Of a stretch of DNA of 64,000 bases, positions 14,883 to 23,086 are shown one piece after another. The notes beneath the pieces were generated by a model, which did no database searches, was not told the DNA's origin, and worked only from the letters and a program-made list of their open reading frames with translations. How positions within the stretch are numbered: the stretch's first letter is position 1; every line of letters begins with the position of its first letter. A program made the translations under genes and the position numbers. The DNA is from a virus, in the IMG/VR virus record IMGVR_UViG_3300037440_000222, one strand, 5' to 3'.

Positions 14883-16401
14883 GAGTCACCGTGTTTCTGA
14901 TTCTAGGAATCTCAACTTCCATAATCTTATCCACCAACGTCCGTGCTGGCGGCCCACCGAGCAGTTGTACAACTTGGTCTAGCACGTAATAATCTGACCC
15001 ATCGTACTCAAACACGTCAGGGTCAATATGTGCATATTCCTGAATGCTCTCAATGAACAGTGGCATTTTGCGATAATCAGACCCGCGACTAATACCTAGC
15101 ACGACCACACGCGGGACGACCGAATTCTGTTCCGTATAGTGGTTGAGTGACTTAGCAAATTCACCAATATGGTTCTCGCCGCCGTCCGTCACGATAACGA
15201 TAGCTTGCGGGGTGAAACCGGCGCGTAACGCAATCTCAAAACCGGCTTGTACATTTGTCCCACCTGCTGCACGAATAGCGCGGAACGCATGATTCCATCC
15301 TTGCAGCGAGTCGCGTTCCCCAATATTCATAATAAGACCAGCGTTGTTGAACGTCGATACTGCCAATTCGCCATCGACGCTAGGAGCTATACGAACACCT
15401 AACTGTTTCGCTGTCTCAATCGCGTCCTCCATCGACCCGCTGCGGTCAATCATGAGCAGGGTGTCAGACTCTATGCGCTTGCCAGTTTCAACAGACTTCT
15501 GTTTTGCTTGCGCAATTGCTTGTGAGATACGCGTATCCGCGCCTTGCGCCGATTTACGGTGTTCAGCGGATGCAACGGATACAGGTGCGGAAGCAATCTT
15601 GCGCTCATAGACTTCGCGCACTTCGGGGATGGATAGCAAGCCAGACTGCTCAACTGCACGACGGGCATTCATCGCTTCAACAGGTGACATATTGTTAATT
15701 AGAGCAACGCCGACTTGGGGAGTCTTTCCAGTCAAAGTCATGGCGATGCGATACGGAATACGATTTTCGATAATAAGCGATGCTTGCTCAGAAGCGTCAC
15801 TTGATGCCGCGATTTTTTTCAGTGCGTCGAACATTGACCCTTCTGGCGGCGCATCTTCGTGCAGGATGAGACGTGCGCGTTCAGACGGAGCGACGTGATA
15901 GGTGATATATGCGGAACGGACAGCTTGGCGGTTCTGGATAACTACTGCATCCCACCAGTCGGTATCCTTCTCCAGCGTTTTGAGATAGTCGTGAGCTATA
16001 CGTTTCAACACGCGGGGGATTTTGCGACGTAACGGTGCAGGAACATCTTCTGGTGGATGGTTAATGAAATCAAGGATGCGGAAGATACGGTAAGGTGGAA
16101 GTCCTGAGAAGTTGTGTTGGTGGTCGATGTCATAGAAGGACGAACCGAGCAGGATTGCGCGACCAGCTTCACGATATTCAGGAAAGTCGTTAGGTGATTG
16201 GAGCAAAGTGATGATTGCAATATCCTCTTGGTCACGGATAGACGTGTTACCGGCGCATAGATAAACGCACATTCGAGCAACGAAGTCGGGGTCAGTTTCA
16301 AACGCTTCGTGGAATGCGACGACAGGTTCGGCATATTGACGATGCGGTACGGAGAGTAATTGTCGGTGCAGGATAGTACGTGCGCGGTTTTGTTCGGTCA
16401 T
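14863..16401 (-). CDS. vWA-domain protein with TROVE/Ro60-like N-terminal region (putative Ro60/Rsr orthologue)
   Basis: MIDAS LLMIDRSGSM, GGTNVQAG and IVIVTDGGEN define a C-terminal vWA domain. The preceding ~300 aa are helical with Ro60-like segments (NNMSPVEAMNARRAVEQSGLL). RBS AGGAG. The TROVE assignment was made by eye only. Confidence 0.5.
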   Translation of the reverse strand: MTEQNRARTILHRQLLSVPHRQYAEPVVAFHEAFETDPDFVARMCVYLCAGNTSIRDQEDIAIITLLQSPNDFPEYREAGRAILLGSSFYDIDHQHNFSGLPPYRIFRILDFINHPPEDVPAPLRRKIPRVLKRIAHDYLKTLEKDTDWWDAVVIQNRQAVRSAYITYHVAPSERARLILHEDAPPEGSMFDALKKIAASSDASEQASLIIENRIPYRIAMTLTGKTPQVGVALINNMSPVEAMNARRAVEQSGLLSIPEVREVYERKIASAPVSVASAEHRKSAQGADTRISQAIAQAKQKSVETGKRIESDTLLMIDRSGSMEDAIETAKQLGVRIAPSVDGELAVSTFNNAGLIMNIGERDSLQGWNHAFRAIRAAGGTNVQAGFEIALRAGFTPQAIVIVTDGGENHIGEFAKSLNHYTEQNSVVPRVVVLGISRGSDYRKMPLFIESIQEYAHIDPDVFEYDGSDYYVLDQVVQLLGGPPARTLVDKIMEVEIPRIRNTVTHVKSKK

Positions 16402-16426
16402 TTAGTTAGTCTCCTGATTTATGAGA

Positions 16427-16576
16427 TTAGGCGATGATTATTGCAATACCAGCTAGAAATATAATAACTGTGCCTATATAAACTTGATTATCGTTATTTC
16501 GTGACAGTCCAAAGTCAAACATATGTATACCTAATAAACCTATTAGAAAGAGTGCTAAATGAATAGGTGCTATCAT
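16427..16576 (-). CDS. possible 49-aa two-TM membrane peptide
   Basis: Own translation MIAPIHLALFLIGLLGIHMFDFGLSRNNDNQVYIGTVIIFLAGIAIIIA. TGATG overlap with the upstream stop. Below the track cutoff. Confidence 0.4.
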   Translation of the reverse strand: MIAPIHLALFLIGLLGIHMFDFGLSRNNDNQVYIGTVIIFLAGIAIIIA

Positions 16577-17151
16577 CAGAATCCCAACTCCTTATCAATT
16601 TGTTCACCGTCGCGTACTTTCCCTTCTGTCTGTATCTCAATTTCGCCAGCGTCTAGTTTCTGTTCCAAAAGTTCGTCCGCGCTTATTGCATCAACACCGT
16701 CATCATGCTTTTTATCATCGGGTCTATTGGGTGGCACGTTCACTACCAGCCACAGTTTATTCTCACGTGCATACTTTGACACCAGTTGATAAACCTTCCC
16801 ACCGATACGTACCCGCCGTTCAGCCTTCTCATAAGTGTCACAAATCGCGGGAGTCAGACCATTCTCTTTAGCTGAATGAATAATGGTTGCAAGCGCATGA
16901 TAGCAAACTGCACGAGTCCCACCTTTGCAATGTTCAGCACCGATACCCATTCCGGTATCTAGTAAACATTCGGTTTCAATCACATTCGGAGCAAACCTGC
17001 GCAGAATGACGTTGTACATTTTGGCGTGAGAACCTGGTACAAATGCGTCGGTGATACGTCCATCGGAATCACGCTTATTGACCGTGACGTGGCCGATGTT
17101 CGCAAGATGATGCGCTTTTTGGAAACGGTCAACTCTGGGACGATTATTCAT
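16576..17151 (-). CDS. SWIM zinc-finger-like protein
   Basis: YNVILRRFAPNVIETECLLDTGMGIGAEHCKGGTRAVCYHALATII resembles the SWIM CxCxnCxH motif. The start is taken at ATG 17151 (GGAAAGGAAA RBS) rather than the track start 17178. Confidence 0.45.
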   Translation of the reverse strand: MNNRPRVDRFQKAHHLANIGHVTVNKRDSDGRITDAFVPGSHAKMYNVILRRFAPNVIETECLLDTGMGIGAEHCKGGTRAVCYHALATIIHSAKENGLTPAICDTYEKAERRVRIGGKVYQLVSKYARENKLWLVVNVPPNRPDDKKHDDGVDAISADELLEQKLDAGEIEIQTEGKVRDGEQIDKELGF

Positions 17152-17548
17152 CGTGTTTTCCTTTCCGAATACCAACATAGCTAACAGTCACCATTTTCAG
17201 AGCCTTCTCAATAATTTCATCCGTAGGCGAAGGAACTTCGCTACGTTTCATAGTATCATCACGTCGGTCAAAGTTTCCCCATGAGCCAACAAACTCAACG
17301 ATTTTTTTCAGCGCGTCGAACATTGACCCTTCTGGCGGCGCGCCTTTTTCATTTTCTGATTGAATGCGTAATGTCCATGCGTCGGAGGTAAATTTATGAC
17401 GTTTGGTTACTCGACGCGCAATTTCATAATATGAACATTCTAATTCTATTCGTGGATTGAAAACTGGCGATGAACGTCCAGCAAGCGAGAATCCCCACGT
17501 TTCCCGCTTCAGTTTATCGTCTGAGATAATTTCAATTCTGATTGTCAT
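17144..17548 (-). CDS. hypothetical protein sharing the APPEGSMFDALKKI segment with 14863..16401
   Basis: ORF track. Consensus promoter 25 nt upstream. Contains a 42-bp near-identical DNA repeat. Confidence 0.6.
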   Translation of the reverse strand: MTIRIEIISDDKLKRETWGFSLAGRSSPVFNPRIELECSYYEIARRVTKRHKFTSDAWTLRIQSENEKGAPPEGSMFDALKKIVEFVGSWGNFDRRDDTMKRSEVPSPTDEIIEKALKMVTVSYVGIRKGKHDE

Positions 17549-17573
17549 ATCTATCTAACCTCTAGTAAGCACA

Positions 17574-17602
17574 ATCATACCACGCAAACCACTATTTGTC
17601 AA
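17574..17602 (-). promoter_or_regulatory. sigma70 promoter (TTGACA-17-TATGAT)
   Basis: Minus-strand reading is attcaaactcTTGACAaatagtggtttgcgtggTATGATtg. Confidence 0.65.
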
Positions 17603-17616
17603 GAGTTTGAATTTGA

Positions 17617-17949
17617 CTAGATAACACCTGCTATACGTGCATTGATAAGGCATCTAAAGATAGCCATTTCAAATGTGTTACCGCCGCCGAATATATACTT
17701 CAATCTCTTACGTTCTTTGATAGACAGCATTTGTGGCTGACCATAATCAAACGGCGAAACGGTTAAGTCTATTTTTTTCTCCCAATTCTTCCTATGTAAA
17801 TATGCTGTAATATTAAACCACGTATAATCGAAAGTCAACTTATATTCATTTGCCTGTTTCGCGGCACAGTATTTAGGAATGTTGTGACAATGCCCTTTCA
17901 TTAAGCCTAAATCACAGAATTCTATCCATAATTCTTCTATTGTTTTCAT
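17617..17949 (-). CDS. hypothetical protein
   Basis: ORF track. Confidence 0.5.
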   Translation of the reverse strand: MKTIEELWIEFCDLGLMKGHCHNIPKYCAAKQANEYKLTFDYTWFNITAYLHRKNWEKKIDLTVSPFDYGQPQMLSIKERKRLKYIFGGGNTFEMAIFRCLINARIAGVI

Positions 17950-17952
17950 ACG

Positions 17953-18441
17953 TTAATTGCTCTCCTCGGCCAAGAGTGTAATTGCAAACTTTTTCATATT
18001 CTCACGCACTTGTTCTCTCACGCTCGGATTAGCAATAATATCGCCCAACTCTTTAGCAACTTCTTCAATGTTCCAGTCCGCAATCACTGACACCAGCATC
18101 CGTAACGCAAGTTCCCCAAGCGGACTCATCGCGCCTCTGCCACGCACAATCTCGACTCCGGTAAACGTCTCAACAAAATCTCTAAACGCACTATTCGTCT
18201 CAGGAGTGATAGTAATTTGTAACGGTACACGGTTGGACTTGCCAGTAACTCGCACTCTGTCTTTATCATACAGACTATTCACTTCGTCATAATCAAACGC
18301 CGTTTCCGTATCTTCTTCATAGTCTGCACCGTGTTCCACCAACGCATCGTTTGCCAAATCAAACGCTTCCCTAAACGCAGGCGGCTCTACGGGAATTTCA
18401 TCTTCGCCAATTGGAAGTCCGTACTCGTCTCTGTCAATCAT
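17953..18441 (-). CDS. hypothetical acidic protein
   Basis: ORF track. 1-3 nt gaps to its neighbours. Confidence 0.55.
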   Translation of the reverse strand: MIDRDEYGLPIGEDEIPVEPPAFREAFDLANDALVEHGADYEEDTETAFDYDEVNSLYDKDRVRVTGKSNRVPLQITITPETNSAFRDFVETFTGVEIVRGRGAMSPLGELALRMLVSVIADWNIEEVAKELGDIIANPSVREQVRENMKKFAITLLAEESN

Positions 18442-18442
18442 G

Positions 18443-18760
18443 CTATTCTCCTAGTAACTTATTTATATTTGCTTCTGCTTCAATAAATTCCTGCTTATCA
18501 ACGGGTTCGTCTACTCTTGTTTCAACTGACTTATTCCGTTTTATTTCCTGAAACTCTTGCAACAATCTATCCATTAGTCTGGACATATTCTCAATGTTCT
18601 CGCTAACTTTCTTTGTTCCGCGTTCTTCCTCGATGTAACTACGCAACGCCTTTTTGACAATCACATTACGCTCAGAGTCGTCCTTGAACCTATCGAGGTA
18701 TTGGATAATATCCCAATCCTTCTCGGTTGTAAGTTGTAGATCGAATTGCGTTGATGCCAT
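18443..18760 (-). CDS. hypothetical protein (possible RHH-like N-terminus)
   Basis: ORF track. The VIVKKALRSYIEEE segment is RHH-like, which is weak evidence. Confidence 0.45.
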   Translation of the reverse strand: MASTQFDLQLTTEKDWDIIQYLDRFKDDSERNVIVKKALRSYIEEERGTKKVSENIENMSRLMDRLLQEFQEIKRNKSVETRVDEPVDKQEFIEAEANINKLLGE

Positions 18761-18762
18761 AA

Positions 18763-19149
18763 CTACTCTTTGAAGAACGCAATAAGTTCATAAGGCAACT
18801 GAAAATCGGATTGATAAAGCGCGTACAGTTCCGCGTACAGTTCCCGATACCCACCCCATTCAAAGCAACCATTCTCAATCGGAAATTCAATCAGCATGTT
18901 ACGCAATTCCTGATTTGCACAAGTCTCAATACAGTTCTGCACAGCAACCCTAAATTCCTCAGACTGCGATGGATTATCCAGTTTCGTATCTACAAAATGA
19001 CCAACCTCATGCAGACACGAAAACTCATCGCTACACCAGATAACGTTGATATATGGCGCGTATAGACCAGTAGAGCCGCGATATTTTGTCCACGTAGTTG
19101 CGATTGCGACTATCCAGATTGCAACTGTAAGATATTTCAGTAGTTTCAT
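18763..19149 (-). CDS. membrane-anchored HExxH metallopeptidase-like protein (short paralog of 4696..5466)
   Basis: N-terminal TM LTVAIWIVAIATTW. Motifs CLHEVGHFVD and WGGYRELYAELYAL are shared with the 256-aa ORF. Confidence 0.6.
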   Translation of the reverse strand: MKLLKYLTVAIWIVAIATTWTKYRGSTGLYAPYINVIWCSDEFSCLHEVGHFVDTKLDNPSQSEEFRVAVQNCIETCANQELRNMLIEFPIENGCFEWGGYRELYAELYALYQSDFQLPYELIAFFKE

Positions 19150-19283
19150 AACAGCGGTAAAATTCCGTTTATCCAGAGTGCTACGATTGCGTATACCAGA
19201 ATACTGATAATCAGCACCAGTACCGCATAGACGATAATCTGTCCAAGAACGAACGCGACTTTATCCTTTACGACACGCTTCAC
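19146..19283 (-). CDS. possible 45-aa membrane peptide (GTG start)
   Basis: Own translation (M)KRVVKDKVAFVLGQIIVYAVLVLIISILVYAIVALWINGILPLL. ATGA overlap with the downstream start. Confidence 0.35.
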   Translation of the reverse strand: MKRVVKDKVAFVLGQIIVYAVLVLIISILVYAIVALWINGILPLL

Positions 19284-19284
19284 A

Positions 19285-20244
19285 TTATTCACAACGGTTC
19301 TCCTGTAACCACTCATCAACTTCTACCAACGCACGATACTGATACGGCTCATTTCCATTAGGTCTAGGTAGTAATTCCAGCACAGTATAGTCTAGCGACC
19401 AATGACAATAATTGTACTCATCACCAAACACGTTGTTGAACGCGAATACTGACCAATCTACCTGTTGCTCAAAACTCAGGTCAGTCCAGAATAACACGCG
19501 AATTTGCTCAACGGTTTGAGCAACAAAATCGACAGGTTGCTCGCGGAACTTGACACCTATCTGTTCACCCAACGCAACCATCACGTCGCGCCAGCGCAAT
19601 TGACGGTGGAAGTATCCGTTAGGCGAGTTCTTGCGCATTCGAGCGTAGCAAAGTAGCTCATCCCCATTCATAGAATAGGTTTCACCTTCTACAAACGTGT
19701 ACCAGTTATCACCACATTGGTCATGGGTGTTTACCGTTGCGGTCAGTTCCACCCCGCCTAGACCGTCCACAAAGTAGACAAAGTTGCTCATGTTCACCAA
19801 CACGATACCCTCTAATTCAATCCCCCACTCGTTTTGATAATAGTCATAGATACATGTGTATCCACAATGCGCAAAGTGCTGGTTGATTTTTAGATTGCGG
19901 TCAGCGTCTAACAGTTCTCTAGCTAAACTGTAGGTGTTGATGGTAACTGGCGGTTCGGTGATGGATACCAACACGATAGCATCGGTCTGCTGTCCCGACT
20001 CGGTGCGTATAGCATCACCTGCACGATAGTCGCCACCGTATAGGATGAACCAATGGACAGGACGGTCAGGGATAGGGGTAGCGATAGTCGGTGTCGGTTG
20101 CTCAACTGTGTGCAACTCATTGATAGAAGCAAGCGTGTCCATTAGGTTACGAGTAGCGACGATATTCTGCAAGTGACCAAACAATTTGCCACCGAACCAG
20201 CAGAGTGCAAACAGGGATACTAAAAGGAACAGTTTAGTTTTCAT
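19285..20244 (-). CDS. LytR-CpsA-Psr (LCP) family protein with N-terminal TM anchor
   Basis: QTDAIVLVSI...FVYFVDGLGGVELTA...FVEGETYSMNGDELLCYARMRKNSPNGYFHRQLRWRDVMVAL follows the LCP pattern (RsDtimlv..., DalGGv.v, G...l.G..AL.YaR.R...gDf.R..RQ). Start at ATG 20244 (MKTKLFLLVSLFAL). Confidence 0.75.
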   Translation of the reverse strand: MKTKLFLLVSLFALCWFGGKLFGHLQNIVATRNLMDTLASINELHTVEQPTPTIATPIPDRPVHWFILYGGDYRAGDAIRTESGQQTDAIVLVSITEPPVTINTYSLARELLDADRNLKINQHFAHCGYTCIYDYYQNEWGIELEGIVLVNMSNFVYFVDGLGGVELTATVNTHDQCGDNWYTFVEGETYSMNGDELLCYARMRKNSPNGYFHRQLRWRDVMVALGEQIGVKFREQPVDFVAQTVEQIRVLFWTDLSFEQQVDWSVFAFNNVFGDEYNYCHWSLDYTVLELLPRPNGNEPYQYRALVEVDEWLQENRCE

Positions 20245-20713
20245 CAGTTTTTTTGAGTGCGTTGATAGCGGCACTTATAAATGACTTGAATTCCCTTTCT
20301 AGTTTATAGGTCTGATATGCAAGTGTATTGCGACTTTCACCAAATCGTGCATCAAATTGTGGAAGTAATTCAAGTTCTTCATCCCACTCGCAATTGGGAC
20401 ATTGCTCATTGTGTGCAGTTTTCAATTCCTCATAATCAAATACATTCACGTCGTCTTTGACTGGTTGCATCAATGTGATGCGTTCAAGCCATTGGTGTGG
20501 AGGTTTTGCTTTTACTATTTCTGCAACGCGATTTTGATAACCGAAATAAGTCTTAGCATATGTGAGCATTGGTGTATGCCACACATGCCAAAATAACTTT
20601 TCGCCTTCCCATTCAGGAATAATTAAGGAGGGATTTATTCCCCTTATCGTTAACTCACTAACTGCTCTTTCAAATCTTTGTTGATAAAAGTCGGACATAT
20701 TCAGATTGCTCAT
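20234..20713 (-). CDS. hypothetical protein
   Basis: ORF track. ATGA overlap with the ParM-like gene. Confidence 0.55.
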   Translation of the reverse strand: MSNLNMSDFYQQRFERAVSELTIRGINPSLIIPEWEGEKLFWHVWHTPMLTYAKTYFGYQNRVAEIVKAKPPHQWLERITLMQPVKDDVNVFDYEELKTAHNEQCPNCEWDEELELLPQFDARFGESRNTLAYQTYKLEREFKSFISAAINALKKTDEN

Positions 20714-21702
20714 TTAGACACCGCTTTCATTGCAAGTTTCAAATACCCATTCACATTACTAAACACAGGGTCATCGACTACACGCACATTCTCATGTTCA
20801 AACAACCCGATAATCGTTTCCCCAAGTAAGTTCGCGCCGCCGCCCGTTAGTAGAATCGCGCCAAGTTTACCCGTATCCCACAGTCCATTTGCCGCCGCAA
20901 CAATATTCTCGGACATTGGGGTCGCGTTGGTCGTGATAATATCTGTCAGGTCGTTGGCCTTACTGTTGTACGTTACCCTGCGTTCCCTAACCGCATCCGC
21001 AATCTCATGGTCAGAGAAATTGGAGTTGGGACACAGTTCTTCAATCGGTTGTCTCATCGCTGCGACCAAATCCCAACCACCTAGATTGATACTTTCAGTC
21101 TCGCGCCGAATATCACCAAGTTTATTCGCGTGCATGATGTTAGTTGTTTTGCCGCCAATGTCAATGATACCGACGCTACCAGTTGCAAGCTGTGGGTTCA
21201 CAACCTTACCGTTTTCATCCAACGCTTCGTTCAGCAACGTGCCGGACGCTTGCGGAATAACAGTACATTGCAGAATATTCACAACGATACGCGACTGTCC
21301 TTCGCGTTCAATTGCGTGTACACCTTCAAATACCGATTTCAACATATCTTTGTCCAAGTCATGAAACGCGATGGGAAGACCGGTGACAACGTGCGCCTGT
21401 GTCTCGCCATTTCCGCCAGCTACAGACGCAAGCGCGGCATACATTAGCACACGATAATCCTTTGTGGTAATCCAGTCACGCGACTCCTGACGAGTAGAAA
21501 AGCGTGATTGTCGGATAACGCTTTCGCCAACGTTGTACCCGCGTCCATCCAGTTTGATAACCGTATCAGTCGCCCCCATTAGCTTGAACTGGGACTTTTC
21601 GGGAGTGCCGATTATAGATGGAAAGATACGTTTGTGACGCGGAGATACGATTTTGGTATTTGCGTATCCGATGTCAATGCCGATGGGTAAAATTTCAGCC
21701 AC
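20710..21702 (-). CDS. ParM/StbA-like actin-fold ATPase
   Basis: Phosphate-1 IGIDIGYANTKIV, phosphate-2 GIIDIGGKTTNI and adenosine motif AILLTGGGANLL appear in the canonical order. Confidence 0.75.
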   Translation of the reverse strand: MAEILPIGIDIGYANTKIVSPRHKRIFPSIIGTPEKSQFKLMGATDTVIKLDGRGYNVGESVIRQSRFSTRQESRDWITTKDYRVLMYAALASVAGGNGETQAHVVTGLPIAFHDLDKDMLKSVFEGVHAIEREGQSRIVVNILQCTVIPQASGTLLNEALDENGKVVNPQLATGSVGIIDIGGKTTNIMHANKLGDIRRETESINLGGWDLVAAMRQPIEELCPNSNFSDHEIADAVRERRVTYNSKANDLTDIITTNATPMSENIVAAANGLWDTGKLGAILLTGGGANLLGETIIGLFEHENVRVVDDPVFSNVNGYLKLAMKAVSK

Positions 21703-21725
21703 TAGAAGTCTCCTGTACCTATAGT

Positions 21726-22148
21726 TTAGAGTTGTTCAACCAGATTTTGCATATGACCGATTAGTGAATTCCAATCACTATTTTCATTCAGCAACGGCGC
21801 ATAATATTCGTCGCCAGCAATTTTTAGCAGCATCGCCAGATAGTTACTTACAATACCAGCTAACGGAATTGGGTCTATCATTCCTGACTGTGCGCCGCCC
21901 GATGCTTCGCTGATAAGTTCGCTAATTGCGGACGCGATTTCGTCATGGACAAGTGCAAACGGTTCGATGCGCCAATGCCAATTATATTCGTCGGGTTGGT
22001 TATAGGGCAGTTTCCAACTAGACAAATGTATCTGGTCATTATCGTGTACTGGAATTGCAGAAAGCTCATCATTTACCTGTTTCATCACTTCCGCAAGTCT
22101 GAAACGGTATTGAGATAGCAAGATAGATAGTTGCGCGTTAGTTGCCAC
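21726..22148 (-). CDS. hypothetical protein
   Basis: ORF track. Confidence 0.55.
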   Translation of the reverse strand: MATNAQLSILLSQYRFRLAEVMKQVNDELSAIPVHDNDQIHLSSWKLPYNQPDEYNWHWRIEPFALVHDEIASAISELISEASGGAQSGMIDPIPLAGIVSNYLAMLLKIAGDEYYAPLLNENSDWNSLIGHMQNLVEQL

Positions 22149-22338
22149 GTTTTGACCACCATTTATTTATCTTCTCATAAGTGAATACCAATACTATAAT
22201 CCAAACAACTTGAATAAATAGAGAGCCTACGATAGTAGAAATATCATAAGCAAAATTTGATAGATTCTCTTCGTTCGGAAGCCCATACATCAACGGCCAG
22301 GTAAGAAACTCTATCAACAATCTAGTTACCGTTTCCAT
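22138..22338 (-). CDS. small membrane protein
   Basis: ORF track. Two hydrophobic segments. Confidence 0.45.
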   Translation of the reverse strand: METVTRLLIEFLTWPLMYGLPNEENLSNFAYDISTIVGSLFIQVVWIIVLVFTYEKINKWWSKRGN

Positions 22339-23086
22339 TTTTCACCTTCTTCAGTAACAGCATAATATCGTTCATATCAACCGTGTGTCCACGCGCTTCC
22401 ATCGCGTCCTTATACTTGAACGGCGGCTGATTATTACCAATTTCTTGATAGACTTCCTTCATATCCTTCATCATCGCCTGCTGTTCCGGTGACAATTCTT
22501 CTACTGGAATGTAATCTTCATCCGCATCTTGCCAGTACAAGTCCAACGCAACGCCTAAGCGACTAGCCGCTTTCTTGAACGCATCCGACTCAGCAGACTT
22601 AATCATGCCCCCCCACGTCATACCTTTGATAACTTCTTTCTCGCCGGTAGATGCTTTGATAATGGTTACAACTTTAGACAAATCCTTCTGGTCATAGTGG
22701 ATACGGACAGTCAATTTCCCATGTACGATAATCGACGCAGGACGACTTTGTTCCGGTTGACCCTCGATATAGGCGTAGATTTTTCCATCGGCTTGCGGGA
22801 TGATTTCAAAGTCCCAATCGAAACCGAACGCTTTATTTAAGACGGCAGTAACGTATCCGTGCGGGACGTAACTGAAATTCTTGCCGCCTTTACCTGGACG
22901 TACCTTGATATATTTACGCGGTGTGCGCCCTTGCAGGACTTTGAATTGCGACTCGCTGATAGCACTCTGTAGAACCTCGTCGTATTTCTGAATGGAATAG
23001 TTTTCGTTGTGATTCACCGTTTCGACATCGGACTCGTGCGCGTCTAACGCTTCCATAAGTTCCTTATTCTCAGGTTTATCCGACAT
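22322..23086 (-). CDS. Rad52/Sak-family single-strand annealing protein
   Basis: GGKNFSYVPHGYVTAVLNKAFGFDWDFEI and C-terminal KSAESDAFKKAASRLGVALDLY match the Rad52/22 pattern (lsYi....v...Ln..fG..W ... sdA.KRa...fG....LY). Confidence 0.65.
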   Translation of the reverse strand: MSDKPENKELMEALDAHESDVETVNHNENYSIQKYDEVLQSAISESQFKVLQGRTPRKYIKVRPGKGGKNFSYVPHGYVTAVLNKAFGFDWDFEIIPQADGKIYAYIEGQPEQSRPASIIVHGKLTVRIHYDQKDLSKVVTIIKASTGEKEVIKGMTWGGMIKSAESDAFKKAASRLGVALDLYWQDADEDYIPVEELSPEQQAMMKDMKEVYQEIGNNQPPFKYKDAMEARGHTVDMNDIMLLLKKVKNGNGN

